Assembly: GCF_902459465.1 (NCBI RefSeq)
Contig: NC_047083.1
Location: 2,728,001-2,792,000 of the forward strand
From: Asterias rubens
Taxonomy: Eukaryota
Length of the DNA: 64,000 nt
Reading direction: 5' to 3'
This document shows, piece by piece, positions 24,754 through 35,100 of this stretch. The notes below the pieces were generated by a model, which worked only from the letters and a program-made list of their open reading frames with translations, was not told where the DNA came from and searched no databases. The position numbers were made by a program, and so were the translations under genes. Every line of letters starts with the position of its first letter. Positions within the stretch are counted from its first letter, which is position 1.

Positions 24754-25225
24754 TGGCCTTTAAGCGGCCTTTTTAAGTTACCATGGCTTTCAGAACTCTT
24801 CCGCGACCTCTTTAGGTCCGTTACTTTTACATCATGGTTGCGGTTAGTTGACATGGAGGGCAGTTCAACATGCACCCTCATTGGATTTAATTTGTCATTT
24901 TACAGAAAAGTCACAGTACTTTAACCAAAAAAAAAAAGACAAATGGGAAAGAGGCTTTTGACAACTACCAAAAGTGTATCCTGCCTTTAACAATCTTGAG
25001 AAATAGACCCTATTGAATATGAAGTCACCATTCAAATACCTGCCCTACAACATGGCGTCTGTGAGCATGTGCTTACATGTGCCATAGAATTCAAACCGGG
25101 ACCGCTGCATGCTGCGTGCTTGGTTGATAAACGCGTTTAGACGTGCATAAGGTTTGCCCTACAAGATGGCGACTTTCAAAGCAACAGAGGGGTTATTCGA
25201 AACGGTCTAATGAGTGAACGACTTA

Positions 25226-28200
25226 TTAAAACATTTCCACCTCCTTCCCCCGCATTTCTTCCCCGACAAGATCGGGAAGCTCCTTGTGTTCTTCCGAGGA
25301 CTCTTTGAAATACTCCACTTTAGTCAGGAACGCGTTCAACGTCGCCATGTACTCGTCCCGATGCTTATACATATGACTGACATGCGGCGAGTCCTGAAAA
25401 GACTTGCTGTGGATGTTCCGATGCCCCATCTTGTCTTGGAGGGACGCGATGGCGCGCTGGCTGGCGTCGGCCGTCGCGACTAAGTCGCTGTGAGAGTAAA
25501 AGAAGAGGGAAGGGGCAGGGACTGGATTGTGGAAGAAGACCTCGGAGCTCTTCTGGTAGTGTTGGGTGACCGGTTTGTGCATTGCTTTCAGATAAAGGTC
25601 TATACTCTTTTGCATCGTCTTCTGGAGAAGTCTGTTCTTTAAAAGAGCCTGTTAAAAAGAAGGGGACAGTTTGAGTAAAAAACTGATTAGATGGATGGAT
25701 ACATTGTAGATAGATAGATAAAAATATTATATGAGTTCAAATATATAGAAAAGACATAATTAGGCCTACTAAATTAATAACTCAACTGATTAGATAACAA
25801 CATTATTTATAATAAAAAAATTAAAAAAACATAGTGACAACATTAATAACGTAATTGATTTGCTTGATGGATAGATAGATAAACAGTTCATTTATTATTT
25901 CAAAAAATAGAAAAAAAAAAACCATCACAATCAGAAGATTGAATTATTATAATAATACCAAAACTTATATAGCGCCTTAGTCACATTGACACTCTAGGGC
26001 GCTGAACACAAGGCACTAGTCAAATACTAAGCAGGTACACTTGTGTGGACAAAAAAAAAGTAAAAAATAATCATCATAATAATAATAAGAGACATTTTTA
26101 TACACCGCTCTTACACGAGGTACCACAGCGCTTTACAAGAAAATAAGAAACTATATTATAACTAAACGAGAAAAAAGTCTTTAAATTAATCAACCTGTTA
26201 GTAATATATATGTAACTGGATAAAGCATCCAATTATACAATAAGTCAATACAAAATTCATTTGAAACTTACAACAAACTTAAAAACAATACAAAGTTATT
26301 AAGGAAAGAGACTTAAAAATGCACAGCTTGTCAACCAAGAGAAAGGGACATACATTGTGAAGGGTGATCAAATGGAAAGACAGGACAAGATGGTAAAATA
26401 GCAATGAAGCAATCAAACGGCAATTCTGGATGCAAACACAAGCCTCACAAAACACGATAATTATCACTGATGCCAATTTCGATTGTTATTTATTTGGCAA
26501 TTTCACACAAAAGTACAATATAATAAAAAACAGAAGGGGAGCGGATTAGGGAAGAGGGGAAGAGGGAGGGAGTTCAACACAATTAGTAAAGACTAATCCG
26601 ATCTAAGAAAGCCAGGATGTAGAACAAATAAAAAAATACATAATATTTGGAAAAAGGTAATAATATTTTATCGTGGCCAGGGCCTGACATACATGTTAAC
26701 ATGTGATTGTGATATGCGCTATACATAATGGTTCATTGTTATTTTATACATACTTTCAGAATATTTAATCATAATTTCTGAAAGAATTTTCAAAGGGAAA
26801 AACAAAATAATCAGAAAACTTAAGTAGGATTACTAATGCCTATTTAAAAATGATACAAAACAGGAAATGATTTAATCACGGTTTTACCTTTGACATTCCA
26901 ATGGCGACTTCGTTCAGATCTACCGGACTATCGTAAATCTGGCCGATGATTCGGCCGGTAATCTCCTGCGACTCAGACTGTACCCTCATCATCTGCTGAA
27001 GGACCTCACTGTACTGGTACCCACCCACTGAGAAGCTGTGAACGAGGATCTTACGATCACAGACTTCCGAACTCTGAAGAAATTTGACGACCTCTTTGGC
27101 GATGACTTGCGATCCTTTGGTTGGAAGCATGATCTGAAATTAAGATTTTGAAAAAAGAAACTTCAGGGTTGTTGGCTCACAAGAACAAGGAGTAAAAATA
27201 TAGAACTTAATATATCACATCAACAGTTTTAACAAGTTTTAAATTTTTTTTTAAATGAAATGAAATTCAGTATTTAGGGTGATGATTGAAAACAGTGTAC
27301 AAGACAAACATTGATTAATAATGTTTTATAATTTAAATGATCTTATTATTATCTTCCATTTTCTCCCGTTTTATCTTCCGTTTTATAAAGGCATCCCAGC
27401 CTACAAGCTTTGCTTTAATGGGCCATGCCTCCATATACAGTTTTCAGTCTTGTATGGAAATAAATGTTGATTGATTTGAATAATAGTCAAGCATTTATAC
27501 AGCATTCTTATGCAGAAATTATACCATGAACGTTTGACCAAAAAAATTAATTACAACAATATATCACCAATTAACAACACAAAGGAATGAGTAAGAAATA
27601 AATAGCTTACACATAGTAAGCAAAATAAGTCTGGATAAAGAAGGTGCGTTTTAAGCGATGTTTTGAATTTGGTTGGAGCAGCTGCACAAAACCTTCTGGA
27701 AGATGAAGAGTATTTAGTTTGTGGTTTTGTGAGAGTCCTTGTATCTGAGCTAGTATTGAGTGAGCAATTAGACTGTAACAGAGTGCGATTATGCTTGCAT
27801 GGAGTGACAAGTCCTATAAAAGTAAAAGGAGGAGAACTTTTATTCAAACATTTATATTGATGGTTAACAACTTGAAGATACGTTCGTGAATAGGAAGCCA
27901 GTAGAGTTGTTGAACTATTGTTGGAGTTGTTGACAATTCAAGTGATGGAACAAAGAAGCCAGGTACCTGCAATGGCTGAATTCTCACAGTCAAAACATCA
28001 CATCCTCGATTTGTGTAAAACTTGATAAAGTTGTCAAGGTGCCGCTGCTTGGCTAGAAGCCAACTTAGTACCAACACAAGAGGGCGCTGTTTGGACTGTT
28101 CTCCCTCGGGTAGTGTTGCCTTTTGTAGAGATAAGTTAGGGGTGATCTTTATAAGGGGCGGGGCTGGATTCCCTTGAGGAGGGGCAGTGCCGTACAGTCT

Positions 28201-29234
28201 CATACTGCTTGCCTGCCATGGTGCCTGCCAAATAAAAAGATGAATCACATGGAAATTTGGTTGGTAATCCTGTTTTTATCACGGCACAAATTTCGTGCTA
28301 AGCAAATTTTTGTGCTTAGCAGCTCTATGAAATTGGGCCCTGAGCACCTGTTGTGTGGGCTTCGGATTCTTTTGGATTACAGTAAGCTGTTTCCCATTTT
28401 GACCCAGTAACTGGGGCGCTGCACTCCTTATTTGGGAAAAGTTTCCGTATGGCGCCACCACTTTTTCATTCGATATAAAATAATATAGGAACTTATTTAC
28501 CTGATTGATATATCCCTTTTTGTAAAAATGAGTGAAAAAGTGGTGGTGCCATACGGAAAGTTATCCCTTAGTAGAAATGTACACTCTTACTCTAGTCTAG
28601 GGGCTAGTTGCGATAACTGACCCTCCTGCCGACGCCGGAGGCAGGAGGGTTACATTATCGCAACTAACTAGTCTAGCTAGCTGCTAGGGGCCAACTTCAA
28701 ACAAGCTTACCACCCTTAGCTTTACGTCCAAACTAATGGATCCTGCTGAGTAAACCAATGTAAACGTAAACGTAAACAATATTTATTAATATTATGAAGA
28801 AAAAAATCGACAAAAGGATTACAGCACCCCACGCTCACTGGACTGACTTGGTATAATTTCGCACCACGACAGCGCCATCATATGCAACTACGATACAACA
28901 ATTGCGAGATAATCAAATCTATTGATTGGGTTGAATTGATCATATATTCATCATCATGTAGTCATCGAGTTTGTTTGCACACAGTGGTGGTCGTGGTAGT
29001 TAGTCAACAGCTAGCTGCAGAACAGATGATGGAATAATAAAATGGGTGGGGTTTAAAAATAACCTTTAAAATTAAAATAAAATTTTATAAATATTAATTA
29101 CTTTTTACTGATGATGATACAATTAAAACCAGTAGGCCTACCCGTAATTAAACGATTTACTCAATCTTACTGACCTCTACCAGGCTACCTGAACTGGCCC
29201 TCCGAACTCCGGCACTTACTGCTATCCGTAGCAT
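25226..29234 (-). CDS. DUF829 / TMEM53-family alpha/beta-hydrolase-like protein (resembles Drosophila l(2)k09913, from recall), 313-328 aa
   Basis: Exons 29234-29175 (or 29234-29220), 28224-27967, 27133-26888 and 25648-25226; all junctions phase 0. Motifs RPLVLVLSWLLAKQRHL, HSFSVGG, QIYDSPVD, FFYSHSD and SPHVSH. The first exon is inferred from ATG context, in-frame donors and an MTS-like sequence. Confidence 0.88.
27630..27945 (-). mobile_element. L2-clade LINE 3' fragment in the DUF829 gene intron
   Basis: TPTIVQQLYWLPIHERI-FKLL...YKCLNKSSP...FCAAAP-TKFKTSLKTHL, a decayed L2 ORF2 C-terminus. Confidence 0.75.
28592..28676. mobile_element. Small hairpin element flanked by 9-bp direct repeats CTAGTCTAG
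   Basis: TAGTTGCGATAA/TTATCGCAACTA and ACCCTCCTGCC/GGCAGGAGGGT stems. Direct repeats at 28592-28600 and 28668-28676. Confidence 0.6.
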
Positions 29235-30199
29235 GTTTAGAATAGTAATCTGGGTGAATTATAAGGGGACAAAGTAATGTTTGCCCTAAAACTAAAAACT
29301 GTAGCACACCCGCCCCAGACACACACACCCGGCCGTCCGATCCGCCGTCGCTTTACGAGCGCCCTCTGTTGCTTTAAACCAGGAGAGGGTACCGGTATTT
29401 AAACTTGTACAAGTCTTTTATTGTTTTCAAACGTACAGTTATTCCATTCGTAGATTGTTTCCTATGTGATTAATATTTAAATAATACAATTCAAGAATAC
29501 AATTTTATCAACGGTGACTTGCATTTTATCTTGCAAGATCTGTTCTTTCGATAATGGCATGGCGGGTTTTAACAACGACTTGAACAAGTTTATTGTCTCT
29601 ATGCGCGTACATCGTAAGTTGGGTGGAGGGTAGCCTTTTTTCAACGCGTTGAAGCCGTAATCCATGTGGTCTTCCGTTCCAGTCGCTCCACTAATTACAC
29701 CAACGCAGGCCTTGACAAAAGGCTAGGTGGATGCTCTAGATACACAGTCCCCCCACACGAAAATACTTTGCTTAACAAAAAGAGTTTGTGCCTACAAGGC
29801 ATAAATAAAGTGAAAATTCATGTGCCAAAAAAACAAACAGATTAAAACAAATTGTTATTACAACAAATCACTAAACTAAATAATTATTTCATGTTAAAAA
29901 GTTGGTCTTCAGATTGTTTATTTTCCTTACAGGCATATTAATGCAGTTGGACTTTCGAAGGTTTCGAGAAATATTATAATTATTACTCTATACATTTTTT
30001 CTTCTACAAGAGAAATGTTTTCACAAGTGATAAACGAGAGTCCAATTTCATAGAGCTTTATAAGCACAACAACATTATGCTTACCAAAATTTAAGGTTAC
30101 CAGTCATAAACATGTACAATCTCAAGTATTCTGTGTATTTTTGTTAACCGCAGGAAGTTTTTAAGCAATGCAGCTCTATGAAAATGGGCCCAACAGACC

Positions 30200-30375
30200 A
30201 GCAGTCGATTTCACCAAACTCTTCCTAACTTAGGATAAATCTTAGGACTTTACGACGAGTTAAGTTCCGTATTCACAGACGTTAGGACGCATTGAACCCA
30301 TCCTAAGTTAGGATGGGTTACTCGTCCTAACTCAAGATAGGATTAATCCTAGCATTTCGTGAAATCGGTTGCAGG
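30200..30375. mobile_element. GATTTCAC-type palindromic MITE (cctaacttagg core)
   Basis: Ends gatttcacc/gtgaaatc; a reverse copy lies at about 42345-42520. Confidence 0.7.
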
Positions 30376-31611
30376 GCAGGCATCAGTAAAAAATTATATT
30401 TTTCATCATCAACATCTTCAGTTAAAAAATTAGCCTCATTTCATGGCTCTGCCTACCGCAAAACTCATCGCTTCTGGCTCACAGAGTTGTGGGCGAGGGC
30501 ACCCCCTAACCGAATGCAGAAATTCGCGGCAAGTATACAGCTGTGAAAATGGGTCCTAATGAACTGTGTACTGAAACATAATTGCCCAGAGTAAGTAAGG
30601 CCTGGTTCATACTCCATGCAAATGTGAATGCGATCCAAATTTTTACATCACAAAATTGGCAACGAATAACTCGCAACAGTTGCCTGCGAAAACGGCCATG
30701 TGACGTCAAAATTCACTTCCCTTCGCGTTTGCAGGAGGTATTAACCAGGCTTTAATAATGCTGACCTGGATTTTTTTCGTCAAAACAAAATACTACCCTG
30801 ATTTGAAACCCCTTCAAGCTACCCCAATGGGGGGATAGACCTTCATCTCCCAAGGTCCTCATCTTGAACCAAGAAACATTTCAGAATAATATGGAAAAAA
30901 GTACCTCCAAAAGTACCTCCATTGGTTCTACCCTGGCGTATGCCCTTATTGCAATGAGGAAACAAAGGCCCCTAATCAACGTCGAAATATTAACCACACT
31001 ACCCCACTGGGGGTATACTTCTACCTTGATGGAGCCCTCATCTCCCAATGTTATTTCATGACAAAACTACCTTGATTGGGATATACTTCTACCCTGGTGT
31101 TCCACTGCTGAAATATTATCCAAACTACCTCCATTGGCATATAAAGCACCTCAAAAGTTTTACCCTTATAGAAAACGCCATACCATGATCAAAATACCGT
31201 AAAAATTATTTTAAAAAATGATAATACACTGCTGTTTTTTAATACCATTATTTTTTAACCCTATAAAAAATCTTCGGGCCAGTGAAAACGTTTATTAACT
31301 TAAGGGGTTTCCCACACAAACATGCAGTTAATCTTACCCTCCTAGCTGTTTAAACATTAGATGGAACATCACATGCATCGTTTTTTACTTAAAAACAAAA
31401 AAGCAGGGGTGATTATCCCCTTAGAGTTTAATATATAAAGTGCGTTTCAAAGTTCCACGTATCAACAATATTACTATTATTGCCAAGACTTTAAAAAATA
31501 TAGATAAATATTAATTCTTTTACCTCTAGATGAGTTTCAACTGCGGGAAGTCAAAGTATTGCATAATAAATTTTACAATGTGGACAAAGCTTAAGGCTGG
31601 TCTAGAACTTC

Positions 31612-31816
31612 AATAGACCGATCCAGTAAGCCCCGCCCCATTACGTATTGACCAATCACAACCCATTACAGAACCAAAAGTCTGACAAATCAAGGTCCGA
31701 CATGCGTGCGCGTATGCTTGGCGCGCGCGGCAGAATTGTGCAGAAAGGCATTGGAGAGGCTCACGTGTTCTTGCTCACACGTGCGCCGTGGACGGAGCCT
31801 AATGGATCGGTCTATT
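31612..31816. mobile_element. MITE with AATAGACCGATCC...GGATCGGTCTATT ends
   Basis: 13-bp TIR; second copy at 35627-35837. Confidence 0.8.
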
Positions 31817-32148
31817 GAGAGAGAAGAAAATAAAATATTTTGAAATACTTCTGAGGGCGAAGCCAGCATAAATTTTGCTTAGCAATGTTTCACAACCCTC
31901 TTATGAAATTTCAGACTACACACTTTTTAAAATAGGGGAAAAAATATGCTAGCAAGTTTTTTCACGCTAAGTATATCTCCTAAATGGAAAAATAGTATTG
32001 CTTAGCGTGAACTTGCTAAGCATGATTTTGCAGTTACCAGCTATTTTTTACAAACAAACACACACACACACACACTGTACATTTTGGCTGGTAGTTTGTT
32101 GGATGGTGCTAAGCAAGCCTTATCGATGTTACTCCCTGTAGTTCGTGT

Positions 32149-35100
32149 TCAATCCACGTTATACATCCAGTCGTTCTGTACCCGACCGTACTGTGAACAA
32201 GCAAAAAATCAAAGAACAAAATTAAAGCATTTTTTTTAATGCAGGAAACTGCTCAAGGAGCCAAGTGACCTGGGCCCAATTTCATGGAGCTGCTTAAGCA
32301 CAAAACTTTGCTTAAGCAAAAAAATCCTTGCTTAGTAAAATTAGATTATCGGCCAAGACTACACTTAATTGTTGTGCTAATTAAACAATAGCTAAATACC
32401 AGTCACATGCAATGTTTATGGCATAAAATTTTGGCCAATAGCATGTGTAAAATAAGCAAGATATTTTCATGGTTAAGCAACTTTTTATTGCTTAAGCAAC
32501 TTCATGAAATTGGGCCCTAGGGGCAATTTCATAGTGCTGCTTAAGCGGAAAGTATTTATATTGTGCCTGCGACAAACATTTGCTGCAATGCGTTTTGGAA
32601 GTTAATTATAACTCACAACTAGTATCAAAGTCCCGACTATTTGAGGCAAAACTAGTCGAGTAGTAAATTTGACTAGTCTTAACATACCTGTATATTAATT
32701 TTGGTTTTTACCCATACACCGATGTGTGTTAGCACTGTATACTCAGTACTTTCCCGAGTCCTGTGAAAAAATATCACAGGCATGTTACTCGGGTGGGATT
32801 CGAACCCACGACCCTTGCAATTCTAGAGCAGTGTCTTACCAACTAGACTACCGAGGTTGCCCGGCAGCTAGAGGCAGTTCGAATCTCGGGCAACCTCGGT
32901 AGTCTAGTTGGTAAGACACTACTCTAGAATTGCAAGGGTCGTGGGTTCGAATCCCACCCGAGTAACATGCCTGTGATATTTTTTCACAGGACTCGGGAAA
33001 GTACTGAGTATACAGTGCTAACACACATCGGTGTATGGGTAAAAACCAAAATTAATATTCTTTATCCCCGATGCAAATTTAACATCTATTATACCTGTAT
33101 ATCATTTAGCTCGTTGTAAAACCTGGTGGCAAGCTTTGCTCCGTTCTTCATCGTCGGTATCTCTAGATCTTCATCTTTGTATAAAATGCTAGAAACAGGA
33201 CATACTACACACGCAGTACCAGCTCCAAAGATCTCATATATCTACATGAAATACAAAAGATAATAATGAATTGAAAGATGTTTCAGACTTAAAGGCAGTG
33301 GACACTATTGGTAATTACTCAAAATAGTTATTATCGTAAAACCTTACTTAGTTACGAGTAATGGGGAGAGGTTGATAGTGTAAAACATTGTGAGACACGG
33401 CTTCCTCTGAAGTGACATAGTTTTCGAGAAAGAAGTAATTTTCCGCGAATTTGATTTTGAGACCTCAGATTTAGAATTTGAGGTCACAAAATCAAGCATC
33501 TGAAAGTAAAGAAAGAAATTGGTTACAGAATTGGTACGAAACAAAAATCGTAAAGATCACAGATTTACATAAAACTTACACGGTCTAATGATGATAATAG
33601 TTGAAAACACCCCTTGAAATATTTCTGTCTGAAATGTCATATTTCTGTCTGAAATGTCATATTTTATGAGAAACGTTTGGAGTGTATTGCTCAGTGAGCA
33701 TTTTATTGACTTTTATTTTTGGCATCAATGCAATGCAAAGTTTGAAATAAGTTTTTCACTATTCTCTCGTGCCCCAGATGACCAATAGATCTCAAACTTC
33801 TACAGGTTTGTGGTTTACTTAAAGTGCTTACACTGCCAGCAACCAATTCTGTAATGTTCCTTTAAAAACTTCAGTGGGCTCAGTGAAGGCATAGTCCTTC
33901 ACCGTGGTCTGGCTAAGTCGCATGTTTAGACGCAGGGGAGTTAACTTACCCTATTCATTTGGTTTGCAGTTACATCATGTGTGTACTACTTGCCAGGTAG
34001 ATTCTGTTCTTAAGAGAACTGTCTTGCTCTATATTCAACTACTGCAGAGTAGATTTTCAGAATTCAGGAGGCTTCTCAGTTCTGAAAAGAACTGTCCTTC
34101 TTTTTAACTACTACATGGGCTGAAGTTAGAAAATCAGCCAGGACTACTACTTTAGCTTTTAGTGGATCTTTATTAACTTGATGTCAAAATTGGTCTCAAT
34201 GTTTCAACTAGCTTGCTCTAGTCATCGTCGGGAGACTTACCCTATTTTCTTTAACGCCTTTGACGAGATCCTTCATCGTGAACGGTCTCTCTGACACTTT
34301 GAATTCACCCTGTAAAGAAACAGCGGAAGTAATTTAATAAGATGATGACAAGACTTTTAGCAGACATGGGCCTCCACTTGGGCTGGAGGATTAATGCTTT
34401 TTAAAAGTCATTTAGACCGTGTCCGAATTGGTGGCTATGGCTGCGGCTACAACCGTTGCCTGGGGTGTTGCTAAGGGCATCCTATACTTCAATGCATAAT
34501 GTTGCGGCGATCCGGCCGTAGCCGCAGCCGCCAATTCGGATACGGCCTTCGTAAAAAAGACAGGGCCCAATTTCATAGAGCTGCTTTTTTAAAAGCACAA
34601 ACAAATAAGTAAAAGCACACCACGGCTGGCAAGTCGCAAATCCGTGTCAGCAGGAATTTGTTCCGAAAATATTTTCTGCTGAAGCAGCTCTATGGAATTG
34701 GGTCGATGTTTCTCTTACAGGCAGTGGACACTATTGGTAATTACTCAAAATAATTATTGGCATAAAACCTTTCTTGATGACGAGTAATGGGGAGAGGTTG
34801 ATGGTATAACACATTGTGAGAAACGGCTCCCTCTGAAGTGCCATAGTTTTCGAGAGAGAAGTATGGAAGAGTTTGCGGTAACACCATGTAATAACAATCT
34901 CTAAATGAGTTGGGGTGGTTCTGAAAAGAACCATCGGATTAACTCGACGTTTCGATCAGTATGCTCTGATCGTCTACTGGAGAGAGAAGTAATTTTCTAC
35001 GCATTTGATTTCGACACCTCAGATTTAGAATTTGAGGTCTCGAAATCAAGCATCTGAAAGCACACAACTTCGTGTGACAAGGGTGTTTTTTCTTTCATTG

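Noticed and set aside
29477-29665. 62-aa ORF upstream of the DUF829 gene as its first exon
   Set aside because: No convincing donor and no presequence or family similarity; the exon at 29234 fits better.
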